A stretch of DNA of 54,083 bases from Candidatus Undinarchaeales archaeon SRR5007147.bin71 (GTDB lineage: Archaea; Undinarchaeota; Undinarchaeia; Undinarchaeales; Undinarchaeaceae). Shown piece by piece: positions 43,833 to 52,057 of the stretch. The notes under the pieces were generated by a model. The model was given only the letters and a program-made list of their open reading frames with translations, did no database searches and had not been told where the DNA came from. Numbering within the stretch: the first letter of the stretch is position 1; every line of letters starts with the position of its first letter. A program made the position numbers and the translations under genes. Location of the stretch: the NCBI GenBank assembly GCA_014189675.1, contig DVAE01000010.1:1-54083 (forward strand). Reading direction: 5' to 3'.

Positions 43833-44492
43833 ATGTACATTATTATAGCAGGTGGCGGAAACAGTGGAGAAGCTCTGGCCAAGACTCTTGTCAAAGAAAA
43901 GGAAGATGTAGTCCTCATAGAATCTGATAAGGATAAGGCAGAGAAACTGTCAGAGGAACTTGACGCTCTCATTATAAGCGGTGACAGTACAAATATTGAT
44001 ATTTTGAAGGATGCTGGGCTAAGCAAAGCAGACGCTGTTGTTGCAATGACTGGAGACGACAAGGCGAATCTTATGATATGTGAAATAGCGAATCAGGCGA
44101 ACGTTAAACGGGTTCTCGCACGAATAAATGAGCCGGAAAACGAAGAGCTGTTCGTTCAGGCCGGCGTTGAGTCAGCGATATCATCAACAAACTCCATAGT
44201 TACTGATTTCAAGAATGTTCTCAGAGGAAAAAGCTCAAAAACTATTGCAACGCTGGCCTCAGGTGCTATTGAGCTTATTGAAATATACATAGGAGATAAC
44301 AGCAAAATTGTAGGAAAGACTGTTTCCAATGTTGGAATAGACAAGAATGTAGCCAAAATTTCAAGTATAGAAAGAAGTGGTGAAATAATTATCGCAGACG
44401 ACACACGAACAATCAACAAAGGAGACATTCTTGGAGTAATTGCAAAGAGCTCCTCTGCCAAGAAAATAGTTGAGCACTTTGAGAAGAAGTAG
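43833..44492 (+). CDS. trkA: K+ uptake system NAD-binding subunit TrkA (RCK)
   Basis: IIIAGGGNSGEALAKTL Rossmann fold plus RCK-C. Confidence 0.9.
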   Translation: MYIIIAGGGNSGEALAKTLVKEKEDVVLIESDKDKAEKLSEELDALIISGDSTNIDILKDAGLSKADAVVAMTGDDKANLMICEIANQANVKRVLARINEPENEELFVQAGVESAISSTNSIVTDFKNVLRGKSSKTIATLASGAIELIEIYIGDNSKIVGKTVSNVGIDKNVAKISSIERSGEIIIADDTRTINKGDILGVIAKSSSAKKIVEHFEKK

Positions 44493-44495
44493 CTG

Positions 44496-45983
44496 ATGAA
44501 ACACCAATTCGTAAGAACCGTCCTGTATTACCTGGGGCTTGCACTCACCATAACAGGATTTATAATGCTGCTTCCAGCAGTTGCGGCATATTTTTTCCAG
44601 GAACTTGTGTCAGCATTCTTTATACCAGCAACGATTTCCATAATCTCTGGAATTTTCATGATGACCCGCTATGAAGCAGGGGAAGTAACAATGGGACGGG
44701 CGATGACGCTGTCAGCACTTGCATTTATTGTTATAGCATTTGTAGGCGCGATTCCCTACATAATGCAGGCTCAGACTGTTTATGGAGAAGTTGGAGTAAA
44801 TGCTTATGTTAGCGCTTATTTTGAATCTATGTCAGGGTTTACCACAACAGGCCTGTCAACTCTTCCGGACATAACTGCAGTACCGGAATCTCTGTTATTT
44901 TGGAGATCTCTGACACAATGGATAGGTGGTGTAGGAATTATTGTTCTTTTCCTCCTCTTCTTCGTTTCAAAAACAATTGGATCTTCAGTTCCAGGAATGA
45001 GTGCTTACTACCTTTTCAGAGGAGGAGCCAATGAAGAGCGACTGGAGCCAAGCACAGCAAAAAGTGTCAAAGGAATTGCAAAGATCTATATTTTCTATAC
45101 AATAGCAGGGCTTGCAATTTATAGGATAGCAGGGATGCCTATGATGGATGCAATTAACCACATACTTACAAGTGTTTCGACAGGAGGATTCTCGACACAG
45201 GCCGCAAGCACAGGAATTTATGGTAGCGCCTGGATTGACGCCTCAATAGGAATATTCATGATTGTGGGAGCAACTTCTTTCCTTCTGCATTATAAACTTC
45301 TGGGATTGAGGTGGAAAGATCTTGGAAAATTCGCGAAAAGCTATGAAATGAAAGTGTGGTTTATATTCATGGCTATTTTTTCGGGGGCTCTATCACTACA
45401 CTTCTGGATTTCAGGAGTAGAGAATCCTGCATGGAAAGGAATATTCCAGATAGTGTCTGCGTCAACAACAACGGGATTCGTAAATATGGATCTCGCTGGA
45501 ATGGGAGATCTTGGACTCCTACTTATTACATTTGTCATGTTTATAGGGGGCTCCGCTGGTTCTACGGCAGGAGGTCTAAAAATAATAAGATTCCTCATAC
45601 TTCTTGAAGCAATACCATGGACTGTTAGAAAGTTTCTTCTGCCGAAAAAGGCTGTTTTACCTCTAAAATTTGGGACGCGTATCTTTGGAAAAGATGAGAT
45701 AAGCCAAGTCAGCGTTTATTTGTTCATCTATCTTTTTATTACCTTCATAGGAACAATAATATTTACAATAATAGGGTACCCATTTATAGAGTCCTTGTTT
45801 GAGATAACCTCAGCAGCGGCGACAGTTGGAATGTCCACAGGAATTACTCAATTCACAATGCCAATAATTGGAAAAATAGTTTTAATATTAGAAATGCTTC
45901 TTGGCAGGCTGGAAATACTTCCAGTTCTTGTCCTGTTTATGGCTGCACTGAACAGAAAACGGTGGGGAAGCTTTTACGAATAG
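44496..45983 (+). CDS. trkH: K+ transporter TrkH
   Basis: Repeated M1-P-M2 units with SGFTTTGLS, TSVSTGGFS and ASTTTGF selectivity-filter-like motifs. Confidence 0.9.
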   Translation: MKHQFVRTVLYYLGLALTITGFIMLLPAVAAYFFQELVSAFFIPATISIISGIFMMTRYEAGEVTMGRAMTLSALAFIVIAFVGAIPYIMQAQTVYGEVGVNAYVSAYFESMSGFTTTGLSTLPDITAVPESLLFWRSLTQWIGGVGIIVLFLLFFVSKTIGSSVPGMSAYYLFRGGANEERLEPSTAKSVKGIAKIYIFYTIAGLAIYRIAGMPMMDAINHILTSVSTGGFSTQAASTGIYGSAWIDASIGIFMIVGATSFLLHYKLLGLRWKDLGKFAKSYEMKVWFIFMAIFSGALSLHFWISGVENPAWKGIFQIVSASTTTGFVNMDLAGMGDLGLLLITFVMFIGGSAGSTAGGLKIIRFLILLEAIPWTVRKFLLPKKAVLPLKFGTRIFGKDEISQVSVYLFIYLFITFIGTIIFTIIGYPFIESLFEITSAAATVGMSTGITQFTMPIIGKIVLILEMLLGRLEILPVLVLFMAALNRKRWGSFYE

Positions 45984-46013
45984 AAATATAAATACACGTA
46001 CTTTAGGAGACTC

Positions 46014-47414
46014 ATGGCAGTACAGTTTAAGTATCTGGCTCCGAAGGGCTGGAAACCCAAAAATGCAGAGGAAAACTATCTAATCACTCTTCTTAAAATA
46101 GAACTGTCGAAAAAAGCAATAAAAGAAGCTGGAAAGACCTCGAAGAAAATTATTTTTGAGGAAGCAGCCGCTTCAGTAGCAGCTGAGTCATCTACAGGAA
46201 CCTGGACAAAAGTTTACGACGGTCCAAGATCAGGAATTCCTCTTGCAAGGAAGAAGCGCGCGCTTGCTTATGACCTTGACTACAAAAATTCAATGTTTAA
46301 AGTTGCGTATCCTGTGGAACTTTTCGAAGCTGACAATATATCAGGACTCCTTGCAGGAATTGTAGGAAACATAGCCGGAATGAAGATGGTGTCTGCTATG
46401 AGATTCTATGATGTCCGATTTCCCAGAAAAATGGTAGAAGTATTTTTGGGACCTAAATTTGGAGTACCTGGAATTAGAAAGCTTCTGAAGAAGCCTAAAG
46501 GACCGATTGTTGCAACAGTTCCGAAGCCGAAGATAGGGAGAACTTCAGGCGAGCAGGCCTCTCTTGCCTGGGAACTTTTCACATCTGGACACGGAACATA
46601 TGACGGCATAAAAGATGATGAAAATCTGACAAGCCTCGAGTTCAACAAATTCAAGGACAGGGCAAAGAAAGTCCTGGCAAAACTGAAGGACGCTGAGCTG
46701 AGAACAGGTAAGAAAAAATTCTACCTGGCAAATATAACGCATTCAAACATTGGAATTATGGAAACACGAGCTGAGACTATAAAGAAGAATGGAGGAATTT
46801 ATATGATGATTGACGTCGTAACAACAGGATTTTCTGCTGTCGATACAATGAGGAGACAGGAGACAGGACTTGCAATACATGCCCACAGGGCTATGCACGG
46901 ATTTATAACCAGAGATAACTCACCAGGTGTTCACGGAAAAGGGAAGCTGTTCGGATTTTCGATATCAATGATAGTCCTCGCAAAGATTTTCAGGCTTCTT
47001 GGAGTTGACTCGCTACACGGAGGGTCACCTCTTGCAAAAATGGAGGATTACGGAGAAGCAGAATATATTAGGAACGTTCTTCAGGACACAGAGACGCAGG
47101 AGCACGAAAAAATACCTTCTCTCGGTCAGAAATGGCACCATATCAAACCAGTTTGGATGGTTGCGTCCGGAGGTCTCCATCCAGGAGACTTTGAAGCAGT
47201 TATTAGAGCATTAGGGGAAGATATAATGCTTCAGTGCGGAGGGGGGCTTCTTGGACATCCTGGAGGAGTAGAAGCAGGAGTAATGGCGATTGAACAGGCT
47301 CGGGAAATAGCTATGAAAGGAATTCCAATCAGAGAGTGGGTAAAGCAGAACCCTGATTCTGAGCTCGCTGTGGCCGTAAAATTATGGGGATACGGACCAA
47401 AAATAGTCTACTAA
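46014..47414 (+). CDS. rbcL: Ribulose-1,5-bisphosphate carboxylase/oxygenase large subunit (archaeal form III-type)
   Basis: Catalytic motifs are all present: AAESSTGTW, GNIAGMK, TVPKPKIG, GIKDDEN (carbamylated Lys context), HAHRAMHG, SLHGG, loop-6 Lys (LAKME), ASGGLHPG, CGGGLLGHPGG. Confidence 0.9.
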   Translation: MAVQFKYLAPKGWKPKNAEENYLITLLKIELSKKAIKEAGKTSKKIIFEEAAASVAAESSTGTWTKVYDGPRSGIPLARKKRALAYDLDYKNSMFKVAYPVELFEADNISGLLAGIVGNIAGMKMVSAMRFYDVRFPRKMVEVFLGPKFGVPGIRKLLKKPKGPIVATVPKPKIGRTSGEQASLAWELFTSGHGTYDGIKDDENLTSLEFNKFKDRAKKVLAKLKDAELRTGKKKFYLANITHSNIGIMETRAETIKKNGGIYMMIDVVTTGFSAVDTMRRQETGLAIHAHRAMHGFITRDNSPGVHGKGKLFGFSISMIVLAKIFRLLGVDSLHGGSPLAKMEDYGEAEYIRNVLQDTETQEHEKIPSLGQKWHHIKPVWMVASGGLHPGDFEAVIRALGEDIMLQCGGGLLGHPGGVEAGVMAIEQAREIAMKGIPIREWVKQNPDSELAVAVKLWGYGPKIVY

Positions 47415-47463
47415 TCAAATAGTTTAAATATAAACATCAGTTATAGTGGGATGTGGGAGTTAT

Positions 47464-48294
47464 ATGGTAAAAAAGCTCATAAAGAAATTAAAAGGAGCAT
47501 TTTCAAGGCTTTTTGGCAGAAAACGAGTAATACGTCTTGGTATTTATGGAGAGCCGAATACCGGAAAGACAACTCTCGCCAATAAGATTTCTATGGACTG
47601 GATGGGAAAAGAAGTCGGAATCGTCTCAGAAATGCCACACGAAACCAGAACAATCCAAAAAGTTGAGCACATTGAAGTAAAGGCAGGCAAGAAAACCCTG
47701 GTGATGAACCTTCTTGACATGCCCGGACTTTCCGCGTCGGTTGATTTTAAGGAATTTACAAAATTCAAGCAAAGTGTCAGAAATGTAGACACAGATTTCA
47801 AGGACCTTAAAATTTCGGACCTGAAGAGGATAGCTGAGGAAGAAGACTTGTCTAAAACCGGGAAAAAGGCAGTTATAATACAGAGGCTTAAGGCAAAAAT
47901 AAGCAAGAAGAAGCTTCAGACTTACGTTAAAGACCTAAAAATAAAGATTACTGCAAAGAAGGGGAAGAAGATATCTAAGACGAGTGCAAGGAAAATAGCA
48001 GAGGAAGCAACTAAGGGTATTGTTGAAGCAATTAAATGGCTAGACAATGTTGACTCAGTTATAGTAATGATGGACTCAACAAAAGATCCTATGACACAAG
48101 TAAATATAATGCTTCTTGGAAATCTGGAGGCGAAAAGCATACCAATAGTTATAGCAGCCAACAAAATAGACGCCAAAAATTCCAAGCCAAATAACATAAT
48201 GAGCGCATTCCCTCAGCACCCCGTTGTACCAATATCAGCAAAAGAGGGAAGGAATCTTGAGAATCTTTATAAAACAATAGCGGAGAATGTTTAA
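47464..48294 (+). CDS. Small GTPase (G1-G5 intact) with a roughly 95-aa SAP-like/lysine-rich insertion between G3 and G4
   Basis: G1 GEPNTGKT, G3 DMPG, G4 NKID, G5 SAK. The insertion contains LKISDLKRIAEEEDLSKTGKKAVIIQRLKA (SAP consensus LxxLxxxELxxxxxxxxLxxxGxKxxLIxRL). ATG 47464 follows GGGAG. Confidence 0.75.
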   Translation: MVKKLIKKLKGAFSRLFGRKRVIRLGIYGEPNTGKTTLANKISMDWMGKEVGIVSEMPHETRTIQKVEHIEVKAGKKTLVMNLLDMPGLSASVDFKEFTKFKQSVRNVDTDFKDLKISDLKRIAEEEDLSKTGKKAVIIQRLKAKISKKKLQTYVKDLKIKITAKKGKKISKTSARKIAEEATKGIVEAIKWLDNVDSVIVMMDSTKDPMTQVNIMLLGNLEAKSIPIVIAANKIDAKNSKPNNIMSAFPQHPVVPISAKEGRNLENLYKTIAENV

Positions 48295-48295
48295 T

Positions 48296-48730
48296 ATGGC
48301 AAAAGCACGGAAAAAACCTATTAAGAAAAAGAAAATGGTGAGAAAACCAGGGAGAAGGTCGAAGAAGAGCTTGAAGATAGACTTCATTTCAATGTCAAAA
48401 TTAAAGGGTGACACAATAGAAGAGAAGATAGAAACAATACTGGACAAAGTAAAAATTGGGCATGTAGTAATTTTAGATGAAGCATTAAGTCCTGACGAAG
48501 AGGCTCACCTAGTTACAGAAACAATGGAAGGAATAAATGAAGAGTTTAGTGGAATAGAGTTCTGTAGCCTGCCACGACAAAGTGGAAAAGCCAGAATGTT
48601 GTTAGCGAGGGCGGCAAAACTTCTAGGAATAGAGATGACCAGCCCAGGTGTTACATTAGTAGGACCGTCCACAATAATAAGTGACATAAAACGCGATCTT
48701 GGCGCATTCCATGTGTCAGCTGAGTTGTAA
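48296..48730 (+). CDS. DUF2073-like protein with a basic N-terminal tail
   Basis: GHVVILDEALSPDEEAHLVTETMEGINEEFSGIEF resembles DUF2073 from memory. It sits after the GTPase as in other archaea. The start could be 48287. Confidence 0.6.
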   Translation: MAKARKKPIKKKKMVRKPGRRSKKSLKIDFISMSKLKGDTIEEKIETILDKVKIGHVVILDEALSPDEEAHLVTETMEGINEEFSGIEFCSLPRQSGKARMLLARAAKLLGIEMTSPGVTLVGPSTIISDIKRDLGAFHVSAEL

Positions 48731-48732
48731 AG

Positions 48733-49131
48733 ATGCATAAATGCCTAAAATGTGGAGAAAGGTTTGAGGAAGATGATGTTCCTATTGTCAGCGGATGTTC
48801 CTGCGGCGGGAGAATGTTTTTGTTAGTGAGGAGTGAGGAGGATGAAGAAAGGGCAGATGAAATTTATGAAGAACTTTCTGAGAAAATAGAAGAGATTAAG
48901 GAACTTCCAGAGACTCAGGAGAAAAAATCTGAAAAATCTCCTGATAAGGAGACGGAGAAACCGAAATTTGGGATAGAAACTATAAAGATAAAGAGGCCTG
49001 GAGTTTACGAAATAAATATCGAAGCCCTAATGAAAGGGAAACCGATTGTTGTTAGACAGCAAGAGGGATCTTTCATTATAAGTCTTCCTTCTATATTTGG
49101 AAGAGAGACAGAAATAATTCTTTCAAAATAA
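48733..49131 (+). CDS. Zn-ribbon protein (DUF2072-like)
   Basis: MHKCLKCGERF...VSGCSCGG CxxC...CxC ribbon, an acidic linker and a C-terminal conserved block. Confidence 0.6.
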   Translation: MHKCLKCGERFEEDDVPIVSGCSCGGRMFLLVRSEEDEERADEIYEELSEKIEEIKELPETQEKKSEKSPDKETEKPKFGIETIKIKRPGVYEINIEALMKGKPIVVRQQEGSFIISLPSIFGRETEIILSK

Positions 49132-49147
49132 TTTTAAAAAAAAGAAG

Positions 49148-49219
49148 TGCCTGCAATGCGGCTGTGGGAGGTGGGAGATGGCATATTATAAAAAATATGT
49201 TGCCACCGCACCGCAGGCA
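49148..49219. terminator. Long imperfect GC-rich hairpin between convergent genes, flanked by an A8/T8 run
   Basis: TGCCTGC-aa-TGCGG...TGG arms pair with CCA-CCGCA-cc-GCAGGCA. The A8 run at 49136-49143 is T8 on the minus strand, after the hairpin. Confidence 0.4.
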
Positions 49220-49238
49220 ATTTTATGGTTATATCTGT

Positions 49239-49922
49239 TTACGCTTTCCTTTTTCTCTTCAGGCCGGACACAAGGTCTCTGCCGATTTCGTCACCGAGAG
49301 ACTTGAACATTGACTTAAATCCAAGACCCATTGCGATTGACAAACCAACACCAAAGGTTGCTACGATGATCAGTAGTATCTGGTCAACAAGAACTGTGTT
49401 GATGATTCGGCTTCCCAAAGAGTTGAGAGCGATTGCGGCAGATAAGTACACTACGAAGAAGAAGAATACCCTGCTCATAAGGCCTGAGTATGCCACATGA
49501 GTATCTTCTATAGCGTCTTCAATGTATCTAGCAACGACGTAACCCACTGTAAGAACCAAAATTGCTGTTAGCACATTTGGTAAGTAGTTTACTAAGCTAG
49601 TGAGGGCATTTGCGATTATTTGTATCTCAAGTACCGCGGCTGCTTCACTCAGGAAGAGTAAATAGATGAGCCATTTAGAGATATCTGAAATCAGCTTGCT
49701 GACCTTCAAATGCTCTCTTTTTATACCAACGTAACTGTCAATCTTAAATCTCTTTAGGAGTTCAAGAATTGCAGCCCCGATGATTTTCCCTACAATAATA
49801 CCAACTATGAGGAGTATTGCGGCTGCTACTATATTATCTAGCATACCCGTCATTGTACCGACTGCTGAATACAGTCCGCTTCTGACCGGGGAAATAACTG
49901 GCTCGACTATGTTTACAGGCAT
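49239..49922 (-). CDS. Membrane protein with repeated conserved-TM-helix modules (mechanosensitive-channel-associated type)
   Basis: Repeated units of a hydrophobic helix followed by a basic segment (LLIVGIIVGKIIGAAILELLKRF...). Its start abuts the stop of the wHTH gene. Confidence 0.55.
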   Translation of the reverse strand: MPVNIVEPVISPVRSGLYSAVGTMTGMLDNIVAAAILLIVGIIVGKIIGAAILELLKRFKIDSYVGIKREHLKVSKLISDISKWLIYLLFLSEAAAVLEIQIIANALTSLVNYLPNVLTAILVLTVGYVVARYIEDAIEDTHVAYSGLMSRVFFFFVVYLSAAIALNSLGSRIINTVLVDQILLIIVATFGVGLSIAMGLGFKSMFKSLGDEIGRDLVSGLKRKRKA

Positions 49923-50135
49923 CTAATCACCTCCTTTCCAATAGTGTACCTTTACGGGACCTATTTGACTAACACCAACTTTTCCAGACCCTATTAGGAT
50001 TCCAAGGATACCATTTGCCTGGTACCTTGAGACACGCAGCTTCTGAGCCACGTCCTGGATGGAGACTCCACGGGGACTCTCCCTCACTATATCCTCTGCT
50101 TTACTTACAAGCCCATCCGGGGTCTCTGTTTGCAT
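49923..50135 (-). CDS. Small winged-helix DNA-binding protein
   Basis: 70 aa: GVSIQDVAQKLRVSRYQANGILGILIGSGKV is an HTH plus wing pattern. Confidence 0.55.
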   Translation of the reverse strand: MQTETPDGLVSKAEDIVRESPRGVSIQDVAQKLRVSRYQANGILGILIGSGKVGVSQIGPVKVHYWKGGD

Positions 50136-50158
50136 GAAGGACTTGTTGCACCTTTGTG

Positions 50159-50185
50159 TATATAAATGTAACGTTAAAGTTACAT
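50159..50185 (-). promoter_or_regulatory. TATA box (TATATAAA) plus an adjacent 7-6-7 palindrome, ATGTAAC-gttaaa-GTTACAT, upstream of the wHTH gene
   Basis: The TATA is centred about 26 nt from ATG 50135. The palindrome at 50166-50185 lies in the BRE-proximal position. Confidence 0.45.
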
Positions 50186-50326
50186 CCTTATTATCTCTGC
50201 GTTATGAAAAGGTCATATATAAATCATTCTATTGTTAGTTATTTCTAATAAAAGTATAACATTTCTTTAACTTATCTGTTATAGAGTATTAACAGAGATG
50301 TAAAAACGATAATAAGCAAGCAAATT

Positions 50327-50746
50327 TTATACTAATTCTGATTCGCTGAAGAATATTGGAATTTCTCGTTCGGCAGATTCTATTGAATCAGAAGCGTGCA
50401 CCAAATTTCTGGGAAGCTCCTCTTCCCCAAGATCTCCACGAATTGTTCCAGGTTCAGCGTTCTCAGGATTGGTTGCGCCAATTAAGTCACGAACTTTCTG
50501 GACGGCATTTTCAGATTCAAGAATCATAGGAAGAGCAGACCCTTCCATAGCAAAATCAACAAGTCCCTGATAAAAGTCTTTTTCCGAATGCTCCTGGTAT
50601 AGTGCCTCTGCCTGCTCCTGTGAAACATTAGAAATTTTTGCAGCCCTTATTGTGAAACCTGCAGATTCTATCCTCTTTATTATTTCTCCAACAAGACCTC
50701 TTTTTACTGAGTCAGGTTTTATCATGCAAAAAGTTCTCTCAGTCAT
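50327..50746 (-). CDS. ndk: Nucleoside diphosphate kinase
   Basis: ERTFCMIKPD..., NLVHASDS active-site His context. Confidence 0.95.
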   Translation of the reverse strand: MTERTFCMIKPDSVKRGLVGEIIKRIESAGFTIRAAKISNVSQEQAEALYQEHSEKDFYQGLVDFAMEGSALPMILESENAVQKVRDLIGATNPENAEPGTIRGDLGEEELPRNLVHASDSIESAEREIPIFFSESELV

Positions 50747-51077
50747 TTTTCCGTTCCTCTTTCTGTTCTTGTTTTTTATCTTCTTTCTTTTCCTCGCTTT
50801 TCTCTTTTACTACTTCAGCTTCAGATCTTGGAGGTTTTCCCTTTTCTTTTTTAGGTTGGGCTTCTGACTTTGCACGAACCTCAGCTGCTATGTCGATTCT
50901 TCCTTTTGCCTTCTGATATTTACGAGTCCAGCCAAACTTGACCGGATTTCTTCCTAACTTAAGGAGATTCTTATCGCATTTGTTCGAGCAAAAGTAAAGA
51001 AGGGATCCGTCTTTCTTAACAAGAATCTTCCCAGTACCCCTCTCAATCTCTGTACCGCAAAAAGAGCATCTTTCCAT
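50739..51077 (-). CDS. rpl24e: Ribosomal protein eL24 with a roughly 45-aa K/E-rich C-terminal extension
   Basis: MERCSFCGTEIERGTGKILVKKDGSLLYFCSNKC zinc ribbon, followed by ...KKEKGKPPRSEAEVVKEKSEEKKEDKKQEQKEERKND. Confidence 0.9.
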   Translation of the reverse strand: MERCSFCGTEIERGTGKILVKKDGSLLYFCSNKCDKNLLKLGRNPVKFGWTRKYQKAKGRIDIAAEVRAKSEAQPKKEKGKPPRSEAEVVKEKSEEKKEDKKQEQKEERKND

Positions 51078-51443
51078 TTAAACTGTTCTTATATCCCCCA
51101 CATCCATAAGACCGCGTTTTAGAAGGAGTATATCTCCTTCACGTATAGGTCCCTTAACATTTCTTTTTACAACGCGCCCTTTGTCTCGTCCATCAAGAAC
51201 TTCAGCTCTTACCTGAATAATACCGCCGGTTGCTCCAGTTCTCCTCATTATTTCTATAATCCGTGCAGGAATTGCAGACTCAGCTGCAAGAGGAATAACT
51301 TCTTGTTTTGACCCTTTCTTTGATTTTGTTTTTGACCCTTTCTTAGGTTCTTCTATAGAGTCTGTTCTGGATTCCTTCCGAGGTTCTTCTTTTGGCTTTT
51401 TCTTTAGATCCTGATTTTCAGGCTCAGCATCTTTCTTAGCCAT
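51078..51443 (-). CDS. rps28e: Ribosomal protein eS28 with a roughly 50-aa K/E-rich N-terminal extension
   Basis: The core is PARIIEIMRRTGATGGIIQVRAEVLDGRDKGRVVKRNVKGPIREGDILLL. It is preceded by MAKKDAEPENQDLKKKPKEEPRKESRTDSIEEPKKGSKTKSKKGSKQE. Confidence 0.9.
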   Translation of the reverse strand: MAKKDAEPENQDLKKKPKEEPRKESRTDSIEEPKKGSKTKSKKGSKQEVIPLAAESAIPARIIEIMRRTGATGGIIQVRAEVLDGRDKGRVVKRNVKGPIREGDILLLKRGLMDVGDIRTV

Positions 51444-51982
51444 TATTCAGCTTTTTCCTCTGCGGGCTTTTCTTTAGCTGGAGCTTTTTCAGGAGTCTCT
51501 GTTGATTCCTCAGCAGGTGCTTCTTCTGCTGGCTTTTCTTTAGCTGGAGCTTTTTCAGGAGTCTCTGTTGATTCCTCAGCAGGTGCTTCTTCTGCGGGCT
51601 TTTCTTTAGTTTGTGCTTTCTTTTCTGCGGGCTTCTTGCTTCCTGCCTTGGAGATCTCGCTTACAAGGTCTGTAAGCTGTTTCTTACCTTCGCCAGCGTC
51701 AACAATTGCAACGCATGCGGTAGGTACACTGAGGCCTGCTGCCTTCCCAAGCTCTGCCCTGAGTGGAACTCCTATACAAGGAATTTCACGCTCTTTGCAA
51801 AGCGGTGTTATGTGAGCCACTACTTCAGGGGGAGAAACATCCTCAGCAAAAATGACGAGTTTTGTTTGCTTCCTCTCAATGGCTTTTGTGGACTCATTGG
51901 TCCCTTTCCTAAGCTTTCCAGTTTCTGAAACTATATTCAAAAGACTGTAAGCCTTATTTACAAGTTCTTGGTTTTCTGTCAT
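51443..51982 (-). CDS. rpl7ae: Ribosomal protein L7Ae (eL8) with a repeat-containing C-terminal extension
   Basis: The core is GKLRKGTNESTKAIERKQTKLVIFAEDVSPPEVVAHITPLCKEREIPCIGV. ATG 51982 is preceded by GAGGTGA. The tail carries KPAEEAPAEESTETPEKAPAKE x2. Confidence 0.9.
   Translation of the reverse strand: MTENQELVNKAYSLLNIVSETGKLRKGTNESTKAIERKQTKLVIFAEDVSPPEVVAHITPLCKEREIPCIGVPLRAELGKAAGLSVPTACVAIVDAGEGKKQLTDLVSEISKAGSKKPAEKKAQTKEKPAEEAPAEESTETPEKAPAKEKPAEEAPAEESTETPEKAPAKEKPAEEKAE
51462..51609. repeat. 66-nt tandem repeat (2 copies plus a 16-nt partial, one mismatch) inside the L7Ae tail
   Basis: 51462-51527 and 51528-51593 differ at a single base (gcGggc vs gcTggc). 51594-51609 restarts the unit. 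Confidence 0.9.
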
Positions 51983-52057
51983 ATCAATCACCTCTCTTTC
52001 GAGATCAATCACGTAGCGTATTTAGGGTTCAAAGAGGTATATAAATGTTGAGGAGAG

